Shown here: positions 10,265 to 19,986 of the stretch, piece after piece
Layout of the letters: each line of letters opens with the position of its first letter
How positions within the stretch are numbered: the stretch's first letter is position 1
Origin: Candidatus Bathyarchaeota archaeon
Lineage (GTDB): Archaea > Thermoproteota > Bathyarchaeia > Bathyarchaeales > Bathycorpusculaceae
Reading direction: 5' to 3'
Assembly (NCBI GenBank): GCA_963815095.1
Contig: CAWFFH010000005.1
Location: forward strand, 96,001 to 160,000
DNA length: 64,000 nt
The notes under the pieces: generated by a model
Databases searched by the model: none
What the model saw: only the letters and a program-made list of their open reading frames with translations
What the model was told of the DNA's origin: nothing
Made by a program: the position numbers and the translations under genes

Positions 10265-11317
10265 ATGCCTAAAGTTAAAGTTGCATTAATTGGCGTTGGA
10301 AACTGCGCCTCATCATTCATCCAAGGCATCCAATACTACGGAAAACTTGACAAACTTGAGAACAATGTTGGATTACGTCATCCCTTTTTGGCAAATTTAA
10401 GCCCCAAAGACATAGAAGTTGTTGCGGCGTTTGACGTGGATGGCCGCAAAGTGGGCGAAGACATATCCGAAGCTATTTTTGCCTCACCAAACAACGCGCC
10501 CAAAGTATCTGATGTCCCGCCAATGGGTGTTAAAGTTAGCAAAGGACTATTGCTTGACGGTGTGGGAAACTCAACAAAAGCCCTAATCCAAGTCAGTAAA
10601 GCCCCTGACGCGGACGCAGTAAAAGTTCTCAAAGCAGCAGGAGCGGAAGTCATGGTTAATTTGCTTCCCTCTGGAGCAGCCAAAGCCACAGAATGGTACG
10701 CAGAACAAGCACTCGCAGCAGGATGCGCCTTTGTTAACGCTACACCAAACTTCATTGCAAGCGACCCAGCATGGGCAAAAAAGTTTGACGCAGCAAAACT
10801 TCCACTTGTCGGCGACGACTTAGTTGACCAAGTCGGCTCAACTGCACTGCACAAGACCCTGCTAAAGTTGCTCTCTGATAACGGTGTTCACATAAACGAA
10901 ACCTACCAGTTAGACGTTGGCGGAGGAACCGAATCCGTCGACACCATGGACCGCACACGCGACGCAAAACGTAACATCAAAACCGAATCCGTAGCCGCTT
11001 CAATACCATACAAAGCCGAAATCGTTGCAGGCTCAACTGACTACGTTGATTTTCTGCAGAACAAACGTGACAGTTACTTCTGGATTAGCGGCGTCTACTT
11101 CTGCAATGCACCTATGAAAATTGACCTCAAATTCCAAACCGTTGATGCCCCAAACGCAGGGTCCGTGCTCTTTGATGTTGTGAGAGCAATGAAGCTTGCA
11201 ATAGACAAGAAGCTTAAAGGCGCTGTAGAGCCGGTTTGTGCCTACGCGTTTAAGCGTCCGCCACAGATGGTGCCGATTGACATTGCAGACAAAGAATTCC
11301 AGAAATTCGTTGCCTAA
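10265..11317 (+). CDS. ino1: myo-inositol-1-phosphate synthase
   Basis: GVGNCASS, VAAFDVD, VGDD, YQLDVGG, DAPNAG motifs. Confidence 0.9.
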   Translation: MPKVKVALIGVGNCASSFIQGIQYYGKLDKLENNVGLRHPFLANLSPKDIEVVAAFDVDGRKVGEDISEAIFASPNNAPKVSDVPPMGVKVSKGLLLDGVGNSTKALIQVSKAPDADAVKVLKAAGAEVMVNLLPSGAAKATEWYAEQALAAGCAFVNATPNFIASDPAWAKKFDAAKLPLVGDDLVDQVGSTALHKTLLKLLSDNGVHINETYQLDVGGGTESVDTMDRTRDAKRNIKTESVAASIPYKAEIVAGSTDYVDFLQNKRDSYFWISGVYFCNAPMKIDLKFQTVDAPNAGSVLFDVVRAMKLAIDKKLKGAVEPVCAYAFKRPPQMVPIDIADKEFQKFVA

Positions 11318-11398
11318 CTATTTCAATATTTTTTAATTTTTTTTGTTTTTTCACAAAGTATTTTAATCCGAAAAACTGACTCTCATCTAGGTCTTTCT

Positions 11399-12082
11399 AT
11401 GTACAAACCTGTTGCGGCAATTTTGATCTTCGCTTTCATGTTTGGATCTTTAGTTGCAGTTGAAGGTCAGCCTGCTGTGGGTGTTAAGATAGGAGATTGG
11501 ATTGAGTACACCGTTAAAACTACAGGTACACCCCAACCTGAGCAAGATATAACTTGGGCGAGAATTGAGATTTTAGACTTTGAGGGCGAAGCATTTCACG
11601 CAAACTTTACTGTCAAATACGTTAATGGAACCATATCAAGTGGCATCAGGGAATTCAATTTTAGTTCTGGACAAGTTCAAGCTTGGATAATTATCCCCGC
11701 AAACCTAGGCGCTGGAGACATTTTCTTCGATTCATCCATAAACAGTAACGTAACTATTCAAGGCCAACTGCACAAAACTATTGCTGGTGCAGACCGAGCA
11801 GTTACCTATACAAACACGACTGAGCGACATAAGGAATGGGATAAAGCAACAGGTGTTTATGTGCAAAGCGTTGACAACTTGGGAACTTACACCATTAATG
11901 CGGAAGCGTCGGCAACAAATATGTGGAGTCCACAAATCCTCAGGTTAGATTCAACGGTGTTCTATTCCGTTATTGTCGCAGTCATTGTGGCAATTGTGAT
12001 AATTGTTTCATTGTTGGTTTTGGCTCAGAAAAAGAAACGGATCAATCGCTCTAAATCAGTGGGTCAATCTCAGGTTGTATGA
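11399..12082 (+). CDS. membrane-anchored surface protein
   Basis: signal peptide; GVKIGDWIEY...WDKATGV domain; C-terminal TM. Confidence 0.75.
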   Translation: MYKPVAAILIFAFMFGSLVAVEGQPAVGVKIGDWIEYTVKTTGTPQPEQDITWARIEILDFEGEAFHANFTVKYVNGTISSGIREFNFSSGQVQAWIIIPANLGAGDIFFDSSINSNVTIQGQLHKTIAGADRAVTYTNTTERHKEWDKATGVYVQSVDNLGTYTINAEASATNMWSPQILRLDSTVFYSVIVAVIVAIVIIVSLLVLAQKKKRINRSKSVGQSQVV

Positions 12083-12126
12083 AGGCGATCAAAGAAATTC
12101 ATGAAAAATTGAAGAAGTGTAGGTAT

Positions 12127-13227
12127 CTAAAGTTTTTCAAGTTCGCTGATAACTTTCTCCCGGAACCCGTTTTGTTTGAGTGTATCTTTTAGTGTGTTTA
12201 TAGTTCTAACTGGTGTAGGATCTACTCCATGCAGGACAGCCAAGTAGACGCTTGTGAAGTCGCCGACAAGTATTGTTGATAGCATCTTTGCCAAGACGCT
12301 TTTACCCTGAACTTCCAAATCAAACATTACTAAACCCCTTTGCTCCATAATTTGTTTGGTAGTTTCAATTCGGCTTTCAATTTCCGCTGGTTCTGCACTG
12401 TCTCGAATGAAGATAATCGAAAAATATTTGCATTGTTCGCCTCGTCCTTCCCAACCTACAACCTCGTTATGGTCTAGCTCAGGGAAAAACTCCCATTTCG
12501 CCGCGGATTTGCTGTTTTCGTTAAATTGTTGCTTAAACCGTTGGGCTACGCTGCGGTAGAAGCCAAAGCCGTAGATGGTTGGAGCGCTTTCGCCGACGTG
12601 TGTGGCTACTGTTTTTGCAAAGTTATCTCTAGTTAGTGTTTCTGGCCCGTTTTCTTGGCTGATTTTCTCCAGCAACGGTATTGCTTCGTTAAGTTCTTCT
12701 TTTACGCCTTTAACTAAACCCGCTTTTTCCATGTAAACCAAAAGTGGCAAAAGCATATACGGCAAAGCAGCACGAGGAGGCATGCCGCTAGGAACCTGAA
12801 GGTAGGGCACTTTATGTTTTTGAGCGTATTTTAAGACGGCGCCACCGCTGCTTATGCAGTAAATCATGCATTTGCGTTTTAGAGCATCAAGAAAACTGGA
12901 CAGCGTCTCTTCTGTATCGCCTGAGTAACTCGTGATGAAAACCAATGTTTTCTTGTTAGCGTATGCTGGTAGTTTGTATTCTCGGCTGACCTCGATGGGC
13001 ACGGATAGTTGTGTTTTTGCCCAGTCTTTGAGTAAGTCGCCGCCGATGGCAGAACCACCTAAACCCGCTACCACAATGTTGCTGGGTTTCGGGTAATCAA
13101 CGATTATTCTTTCGGCGTTTTTGGCTGCTTCACGATAATGCCTAGCCGCCTCTACAGAAAAATTGAGCATTCCACTCTTGTCAACAGAATATATCTTTTC
13201 AACATTATCTAAAATGGGGGTTACCAA
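12127..13227 (-). CDS. bifunctional phosphoglucose/phosphomannose isomerase
   Basis: GLGGSAIGG, SYSGDTEET, PRAA, QFNENSK, PELDHNE; TTG start after GGAGG. Confidence 0.93.
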   Translation of the reverse strand: MVTPILDNVEKIYSVDKSGMLNFSVEAARHYREAAKNAERIIVDYPKPSNIVVAGLGGSAIGGDLLKDWAKTQLSVPIEVSREYKLPAYANKKTLVFITSYSGDTEETLSSFLDALKRKCMIYCISSGGAVLKYAQKHKVPYLQVPSGMPPRAALPYMLLPLLVYMEKAGLVKGVKEELNEAIPLLEKISQENGPETLTRDNFAKTVATHVGESAPTIYGFGFYRSVAQRFKQQFNENSKSAAKWEFFPELDHNEVVGWEGRGEQCKYFSIIFIRDSAEPAEIESRIETTKQIMEQRGLVMFDLEVQGKSVLAKMLSTILVGDFTSVYLAVLHGVDPTPVRTINTLKDTLKQNGFREKVISELEKL

Positions 13228-13317
13228 TCGCTTGATCCTCCAAATAACACGCAGTTTTATATCTCGTCTCCTCCTTTTAAGCACAACGCAGACTTCAAGC
13301 TTCAAGAGGGATAATGT

Positions 13318-14172
13318 ATGAACAAAACGAAACTTTCAATCGCGATCCCAGCATCCACAATCTCCGATACTCCTCACCTACGAGAGAAAACAGCCAAGAT
13401 TGGCTTAATTGGACGCTCCGCGGCGATTTTTCGGGTAGACGAAATCATAGTATACCCAGACTGCCCCAAAGTGGACCAGCGGCGCGATTTGGATTTTATT
13501 GCACTTTTGCTCTCATATTTGGAGACGCCTCAGTACCTTCGAAAAGCCCTGTTTAGGCTTGAGGCAGATTTGGAGTATGCCGGAATCCTGCCCCCACTGC
13601 GTACGCCTCATCATCCTTTGAGTGGCAAAACTAAGCATCTGCAGGTAGGTGAGTTCCGAGAGGGCGTAGTTTTGTCTGAAACCAAAGACGGTTTAATTGT
13701 TGACATTGGAGTTCAGCAGCCAGCCCTTTTGAGACAAAAAGGGTTCGGTGTCGGCTGCCGTTTAACTTTGCAAGTAATTAACATTGGACGACAGATAGAA
13801 GTTCAAGCTGCAAATCGCGAAGATATTCCGCAATATTGGGGCTACCAGGTTCGGGTCGATAAAGGTTCGTTTGGGAAAATGGTCGCTGAGAGCGATTTTG
13901 ATTTAAAGATAGCCACGGCAAGGGTGGGTGATAATTTTGCGGATGTTGCAAGCAAGATAGGCTCGAAATGGGTGGATAGTCAGCGGGTTTTGGTGGCGTT
14001 TGGTGCTCCGTCGCGTGGGTTACATGAGATTGCTGAGGCTGAAGGCTTAAAAATCGCAGAAATTACCGATTTCGTGGTGAATACGGTTCCAAATCAGGGT
14101 ACAGCAACAGTTCGTACTGAAGAGGCGCTCTTGGCGTCATTGGCTATCTTTAACGTTTATTTCAACTGCTAA
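13318..14172 (+). CDS. SPOUT-class RNA methyltransferase (DUF171)
   Basis: SIAIPAS, ETPQYLRK, GILPPLRTPHH, PNQGTATVRTEEA. Confidence 0.92.
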   Translation: MNKTKLSIAIPASTISDTPHLREKTAKIGLIGRSAAIFRVDEIIVYPDCPKVDQRRDLDFIALLLSYLETPQYLRKALFRLEADLEYAGILPPLRTPHHPLSGKTKHLQVGEFREGVVLSETKDGLIVDIGVQQPALLRQKGFGVGCRLTLQVINIGRQIEVQAANREDIPQYWGYQVRVDKGSFGKMVAESDFDLKIATARVGDNFADVASKIGSKWVDSQRVLVAFGAPSRGLHEIAEAEGLKIAEITDFVVNTVPNQGTATVRTEEALLASLAIFNVYFNC

Positions 14173-14243
14173 CCTTTTTCTTAGGCGTTTTTCGGAGTTT
14201 TTGACTAAACAAATAAAAGCTTCTTTTGTTTATTGTGGAGTCT

Positions 14244-15389
14244 ATGCCTTCCCTTGACCTTGCTATGCCTATTGCATTATTACTTGTGGTAACAGTTGCC
14301 ATGCTTCTAAACAAGCGAATAGAAGGAAAACTAATGGCGACCGTTGAGGAAAAAGAGTTCAAAACACGTGACATAATTCTTCTAGTTGTTTTCATGGCTA
14401 TCATAATTACCGTTATCTCCTACACATCAATGATTAGTCCAGGCGATGTCTTTCCTAACATTCTCTTAGTAATGTTCCTCTCATCATACACCATGTTGCT
14501 ATTCACGTTTTCCTACATATTTTCAAACATAACCAAAATGCGAGCCCAGCTACTTTCGCTTGGCTTTGGAGTAGCAAGCTTGGTTGCAGGATTTGCAAGT
14601 CTTTCAGGTTCACTCGCAGACAGTTTTACCGTTTACAGAGTCATAGCCTTTTTTGCTTTAGCTGCCTTCTGTTTTGGCGCAGCAGCTTTCGAGCAATTAA
14701 AAACCGTTTCCAAGCAAAGATGGTATGTTGCTGCTCAACCTCCAGCAATCTTTGTGTTATTATTTATTTTCTTAAACGTTATCCATAACGCAGGAACAGC
14801 GGCAATTTGGTATCCCTACATTATGGATGTTTTCGGCTTTACCTTTGCTATCCTAATTATCCTGTACCTTTCGTCTTTGTTTAGTTGGAAAACGGTGGGT
14901 CTATTTGCGGTTCTCTTAACTATCATGGACATTATTTTGGTAATAGGCACCGGAACCATGGTACAAGCTGCCACACAATTCACTGGATTAGGTCTTCCAG
15001 TACTGGTTTACATACCCAACGTACCATTTATTCATAATTCAGCGGGTGAACTTTTGAGCAGAGGACTTGGGTTGGGCGACTTTTTCTTTGCCGGCGTTCT
15101 CGCAGTTCAAACATTCAACAAATTCGGTAAAAGAACAGCCATCGTGTCGATCGTTGCGATGGCGGTGGCTTTCGGTATCTGGGAAGCCTTCTTACCTGAC
15201 ATCATAAAGGGACTTATACCAATTCTTGGAAGAAACATCCAGGGGTTCCCGGGAACTTTGATGATTATTTGTGGTTGGGCACCAATCATTGCGTGGAAAG
15301 TGCTTAGTTCAAGAAACAAACCTGTTGTGGCGCCAATTGCTGTTCAATCTGCCGAAATCCCTAAAGACCCAAGTTTACCACTGCAATAA
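14244..15389 (+). CDS. presenilin/signal-peptide-peptidase-like GxGD intramembrane protease
   Basis: polytopic; IMDIILV (first Asp) and GLGLGDFF (second Asp); PAL motif replaced by FPG. Confidence 0.8.
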   Translation: MPSLDLAMPIALLLVVTVAMLLNKRIEGKLMATVEEKEFKTRDIILLVVFMAIIITVISYTSMISPGDVFPNILLVMFLSSYTMLLFTFSYIFSNITKMRAQLLSLGFGVASLVAGFASLSGSLADSFTVYRVIAFFALAAFCFGAAAFEQLKTVSKQRWYVAAQPPAIFVLLFIFLNVIHNAGTAAIWYPYIMDVFGFTFAILIILYLSSLFSWKTVGLFAVLLTIMDIILVIGTGTMVQAATQFTGLGLPVLVYIPNVPFIHNSAGELLSRGLGLGDFFFAGVLAVQTFNKFGKRTAIVSIVAMAVAFGIWEAFLPDIIKGLIPILGRNIQGFPGTLMIICGWAPIIAWKVLSSRNKPVVAPIAVQSAEIPKDPSLPLQ

Positions 15390-15465
15390 TTTCTGTTGCA
15401 TTACTTAATTAAAAGATAAAATATTTTTGGGAAAAAATAAATTAAAAATAAGATAAAGGCTTATT

Positions 15466-15783
15466 TTACCCGAATAGGGCGCCTAATCCTTCTAATGCTG
15501 CTTCTTCTTTGGCTTTTTCTTCTTCAGCTTTCTTCTTCTTGTCTTCTGGAGCGGCTGCTGATTTTGCTTCTGCTGCTGGAGCTGCCACTGGAGCGGCTGC
15601 CATCATGGCTGGTGCGGCTTTGATTGCTTCATCAATGTTTACTTCGCTGAGTGATGCAACGAGTGCTTTAACTTGTATTGCGTCAACTGTAACGCCTGCT
15701 GCTTCGAGAACTTTTGTTACTGAAGCTTCGTTAATTTCTTTACCTGCCTTGTGAAGGAGCATTGCTGCGTAAATATTTTCCAT
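15466..15783 (-). CDS. rpl12: 50S ribosomal stalk protein L12 (aP1)
   Basis: [11 protein letters not shown] start, Ala-rich hinge, EGLGALFG C-terminus. Confidence 0.97.
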   Translation of the reverse strand: MENIYAAMLLHKAGKEINEASVTKVLEAAGVTVDAIQVKALVASLSEVNIDEAIKAAPAMMAAAPVAAPAAEAKSAAAPEDKKKKAEEEKAKEEAALEGLGALFG

Positions 15784-16069
15784 ACCTTTTCACCTCTTCC
15801 AACCTCTACATCGGGGTATTTTAACCTTTTTGGTTGGTCTGACCTTCCTCCAAGCTTGGAAGTTGATCGTTACCTGAAATGGCAATTGGTTTTGCCGTTT
15901 TCTTGCCGTTTAGAAGATTACCCTTTACCTTATGAACCTTTCGTACATATATGAATCAAGTTATAATCCGTATTTTTCTTCTCAGATTTAGGTGAATTTA
16001 TCTGCTGAGTCAACAACACTTATCTTTCAGAACAAACCAACAATGCGGATAGCATAAAGGTCATGAAAT

Positions 16070-17041
16070 ATGGGAAACATTACAGTGGCTATTCTTGGCA
16101 GCTTAGAATACGGTAGCGCCTTAGCCAAAAAAGGCACATCCACAGACATAACCCTCTACAACCTCAAAAAGGGCGAAGACACCGTAACTTTCATTGAACC
16201 CACACGCTACCCCGAACGCTTAGCGCCTCTCTTCTACGCTTGTGCCTTATCAAAAAAAGCTATAGTCGTCGTCAACGTGTTAGACTCTTCGTTTGGTGAG
16301 CAACTTGTTATGCTCCAGTGCAGCGATATAAAAAGCGGCTACATAATCCTCAAAAACTATGTTCCTAAAGAAAAAATTGAAGCCCTCATAAAAGGAACCA
16401 GCCTAGAAAAATTCGAAATAATCCCAGATGACCCAAACGCACTGCGCGAAAAACTGTTGGTGGAAGCTTCCAAACAAAAGACTGTAGAACTTCCAGCAGG
16501 ACAACAGGCGATTGGAGCAGTCCCCGTCGACCACGCTTTCAATGTTAAAGGCGTCGGAGTGGTTGTTCTTGGAATAGTTGTTTACGGTCTTGTTCAGAAA
16601 CATGCTTCTCTTAATGTTCTTCCAGCAATCAAAACTGCGCAAGTTCGTTCCATCCAAAAGCACGATGAAGAATTCGACCTTGCAGGTGAAGGCGACCGCG
16701 TTGGATTGGCACTAAAAAACGTGGACGTCGAGGACTTGGACCGCGGCACAGTTTTAACAAACGACCCAACAATCAAAAACTCAACTGCCATAAAAACTCA
16801 AGCAGTGCTCGTTAAATACTGGCAAACACCAATCAAGCCCGGCATGGTAATGCACATTGGCCACTGGACCCAATTCATAACTGCCAAAGTTGACTCGGTA
16901 ACTGAGACAGGCGACGCTAAAAAACCCGCCCTAACCCTAACGCTTGAAAAACCGCTGGTGCATCGCCCAAACGATAAAGCTGTGTTGATGTATTTGGATG
17001 GCGCCAAATTGCGGGTTGCAGGCACCGTTGACATTCCTTAG
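16070..17041 (+). CDS. SelB/EF-Tu-like protein lacking an intact G domain
   Basis: KKGTSTDIT, VDHAFNVKGVGVVVLG, VRSIQKHD, GDRVGLALK; no GxxxxGK(S/T). Confidence 0.85.
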   Translation: MGNITVAILGSLEYGSALAKKGTSTDITLYNLKKGEDTVTFIEPTRYPERLAPLFYACALSKKAIVVVNVLDSSFGEQLVMLQCSDIKSGYIILKNYVPKEKIEALIKGTSLEKFEIIPDDPNALREKLLVEASKQKTVELPAGQQAIGAVPVDHAFNVKGVGVVVLGIVVYGLVQKHASLNVLPAIKTAQVRSIQKHDEEFDLAGEGDRVGLALKNVDVEDLDRGTVLTNDPTIKNSTAIKTQAVLVKYWQTPIKPGMVMHIGHWTQFITAKVDSVTETGDAKKPALTLTLEKPLVHRPNDKAVLMYLDGAKLRVAGTVDIP

Positions 17042-17121
17042 AAAGGAAACAGGTTAATTTTTGACTGAATGGCTGCAATAATCCATATAAGCCCACAGTA
17101 GCCATCCACCCTTGATTTGTA

Positions 17122-18255
17122 ATGTATCGAACTGGTGTTGCGAACCTGCCTCTTCATGGCGGCAAGGCTCCTTCTTGGCTGACTGTGCGCATGCGGAAGC
17201 TGGCTAAGGAAATAGCTGGCATCATGATTGAAGAGCAGGGCACCGACAAATTCCTCGCACGCCTCTCCGACCCATATTGGTTTCAAGCTTTTGGCTGTGT
17301 TTTGGCTTACGATTGGCATAGCAGCGGCGTAACAACGGTCGTCACTGGTATCCTCAAGGGCGCTCTTTCACCCGAAGAGCATGGCGTAGCAGTTTGCGGA
17401 GGAAAAGGCAAAACGTCGCGGAAAACCCCCAGCGACATCGAAGCAGTCGGCGAAAAATTTGGCTTTTCGCAAGAAACCATCGATGAACTCACCTACACAA
17501 GTCGCATAACCGCCAAAGTCGACAATACCGCCATCCAAGCCGGATACCAACTCTACCACCATGCCTTCATGGTGACTAAAGACGAAAAATGGGCAGTTAT
17601 TCAACAAGGGATGAGCCATGAAGACCGCTCTGCAAGACGGTACCATTGGCTAAGCGAAAACACCCGGTGCTTTGTCGAGGACCCCCACAACGCTATCGCA
17701 TGCAACGTCAAACGTGACCGCGCCCTTAATATGGTGGCAAAACAAAGCGAGGCAGCACGCAAAGCCTCCGTCGACCTCTCGAAGGAGCCTACACGTAAGC
17801 TCTTGAACCTATTTCAATCCGCAGCAAAACCTCTAAACCAGACCTCACTGCAACAATGGCTTCCCAAATCAACTGACCCATGGCTTCAAACCCAAACAAG
17901 GCTCAACATGCCCAGAAATATCAACTGGGACACTCTTGCACGCGTCTACGAGTTTCAACCAAGCAACTACGAGGAATTGCTCAGCGTAAAGGGCGTTGGA
18001 CCGGCAACTGTGCGTGGATTAGCGCTTGTCGCTGAATTGATGTATGGCGAGGCGCCAAGTTGGGAAGACCCAGTAAAATTTAGTTTCGCCTACGGCGGAA
18101 AAGACGGTGTTCCTTTTCCAGTGAACCGTCAAGCGATGGATGAGTCCATAGAAATCCTCAAGCAAACGGTGAAGGAGGCCAAAATCGGTGAAAAAGAAAA
18201 ACTCCAATCGCTACAAAGGCTGCGTTGCTTCGTTCCAGCGAACGCAAATTCTTAA
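17122..18255 (+). CDS. DUF763 family protein
   Basis: LPLHGGKAP, WFQAFG, DWHSSGVTT, FAYGGKDGVPFPV. Confidence 0.92.
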   Translation: MYRTGVANLPLHGGKAPSWLTVRMRKLAKEIAGIMIEEQGTDKFLARLSDPYWFQAFGCVLAYDWHSSGVTTVVTGILKGALSPEEHGVAVCGGKGKTSRKTPSDIEAVGEKFGFSQETIDELTYTSRITAKVDNTAIQAGYQLYHHAFMVTKDEKWAVIQQGMSHEDRSARRYHWLSENTRCFVEDPHNAIACNVKRDRALNMVAKQSEAARKASVDLSKEPTRKLLNLFQSAAKPLNQTSLQQWLPKSTDPWLQTQTRLNMPRNINWDTLARVYEFQPSNYEELLSVKGVGPATVRGLALVAELMYGEAPSWEDPVKFSFAYGGKDGVPFPVNRQAMDESIEILKQTVKEAKIGEKEKLQSLQRLRCFVPANANS

Positions 18256-18280
18256 ACCAAGCTTTCCAAATAGTAAATGT

Positions 18281-18883
18281 ATGCCATCTTCAAGAAAGGT
18301 TGTTTTCCAAAGGACGGGTGCAATTGCTGGAATAGTGGCGCCGGTATTGGGGCTCAGTTGTATTCTCGCCGCTGTTGCGTCCTATTCAGCCTTTAGCTGG
18401 ACAAATAATGCGTTAAGCGACTTAGGTATTATGGCCGGCGTGACAAGGCTATTCTTCAACTTTGGACTCATTGGTAGCGGGTTCTTAGCCTTGCTCTTCG
18501 CGGCACTGGGTTTGTTTAACTATTCTGGTGAAACGTTAGTTGGTAAAGTCGGCGCGTGGTCTTTTGAAGCGGCAACAGTAGCGCTCATCGGAATTGGCAT
18601 ATTCAACGAGAACTTTCAAGGAACACACTACATATTGTCGGTAGCGTTCTTTGTCTTGGCACCCATTTCACTATTTATTTTGACCTATGCATTTTGGTTC
18701 AGCCATAAAAAAGGCATGGCAGTTTTCACCGTTCTTGTCGGCGTTGCGGCAGCTTTACCTTGGCTTTTACAATTTGCATTTAATTATGTTTCTAACGTTG
18801 CTATCCCAGAATTTTTGTCAGGATTGGCTATTTCAGTTTGGACTATTGTGCTTAGCAGAAAAATATTAAGCTTTAAAGTTTGA
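18281..18883 (+). CDS. DUF998 family membrane protein
   Basis: FSWTNNALSDLG, FNFGLI, IGIF...H, AIPE. Confidence 0.85.
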   Translation: MPSSRKVVFQRTGAIAGIVAPVLGLSCILAAVASYSAFSWTNNALSDLGIMAGVTRLFFNFGLIGSGFLALLFAALGLFNYSGETLVGKVGAWSFEAATVALIGIGIFNENFQGTHYILSVAFFVLAPISLFILTYAFWFSHKKGMAVFTVLVGVAAALPWLLQFAFNYVSNVAIPEFLSGLAISVWTIVLSRKILSFKV

Positions 18884-19865
18884 CAGCGTCAACGTACATT
18901 TGAGCGCAACAAAAAGAGGAAAAAACTGTTCCATAACCCTTGCTCTTCGCATACTCAATCGCTAATTCGCTGGGGAAAGCAACTGCGTCTACTCCTGCCT
19001 TTAAAGCTAAAACGTCCGTTTCGCTGCGGCTTAAGCCTTTGGGACGCATACACCCTAAGATCAGTGGCGTTTCTGGAAACATCAGCCTTGCCAACACCGC
19101 TACTTTGGCTATGTCGACTGGTTTTGGAGGAGGTGTCTTTGCCATTACGGTGCCGTGGATGGGCATAAACGCGATAATCACAAGAGCAGCGGGTTTGATT
19201 TGCTTTATCATTTGGAGTGCTTTCAGTTCGCCATCGAGTTTGCCTTCGTTTAACCCAACGATAACATGGGGTACAACGTGCAATTTGGCATTTTGCAGCG
19301 CTTTAAGTGAGTCAGAGTAGTTTTGAACTGTTATCTTAAGGTTATAGATTTTCTTGACCGTTTCTGAGGAGCCTATAACATCCATCAAGGTCGCGTCAAC
19401 TTCCGCTGTTTTAAGTGCTATGGCGGTTTCCTGGTTAATTATGCCCGTGTGGACAAAAACCGTTAAGCCCAACTCTTTCTTAAAACGCCCAAGCACAGGA
19501 ACAAAATCATCCAAAGGTACCGAACCGTCGGTTAAGCATCCTCCGCTAACAAGGCAACCGACAGCACCATTCTGCTTGAGTTTAATGCCCAATTCAAAGA
19601 GTTTCTCGGGCGAGAGGGCGGGATGCATGGTTTCAAGCACTTTACCGCCACAATGCTTGCAGTTCAATGAGCAGGCATTGCCTGTGATGGAGATGGTTGG
19701 GAACGCAGTTGCGGTGGAGCAGTAATGTTTGGTTTTATAATAGGTGAAGCTAGGCGCGTAAAAGCGAATTTTGTTTTCTCTTGGCTTGAAGTTTTCTGAA
19801 TTGAGCAAATCTAAGAGTTCTGTTTCGCTTGAGTTCCAGATTGCTTGTACCGAAAGCTGTACCAT
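18873..19865 (-). CDS. lipS1: radical SAM protein, LipS1-type lipoyl synthase subunit
   Basis: CSLNCKHC radical SAM motif plus GCMR and C-terminal CC motifs described for LipS1. Confidence 0.75.
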   Translation of the reverse strand: MVQLSVQAIWNSSETELLDLLNSENFKPRENKIRFYAPSFTYYKTKHYCSTATAFPTISITGNACSLNCKHCGGKVLETMHPALSPEKLFELGIKLKQNGAVGCLVSGGCLTDGSVPLDDFVPVLGRFKKELGLTVFVHTGIINQETAIALKTAEVDATLMDVIGSSETVKKIYNLKITVQNYSDSLKALQNAKLHVVPHVIVGLNEGKLDGELKALQMIKQIKPAALVIIAFMPIHGTVMAKTPPPKPVDIAKVAVLARLMFPETPLILGCMRPKGLSRSETDVLALKAGVDAVAFPSELAIEYAKSKGYGTVFSSFCCAQMYVDAVKL

Positions 19866-19986
19866 ATTTTTCAAGCCTAAGAATTATTTGCCTTGCTTAA
19901 TAGGGTAGTGCATACTCAGCGGCTTAAAAGACAAAAGAAAAAAATGAAACCCCTTAAATGAAGGGGCTGAGGGTTGCCTCGAACGT

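Noticed and set aside
16070-17041. True selenocysteine elongation factor SelB
   Set aside because: No P-loop, no C-terminal extension, and no tRNA-Sec or in-frame TGA selenoprotein seen
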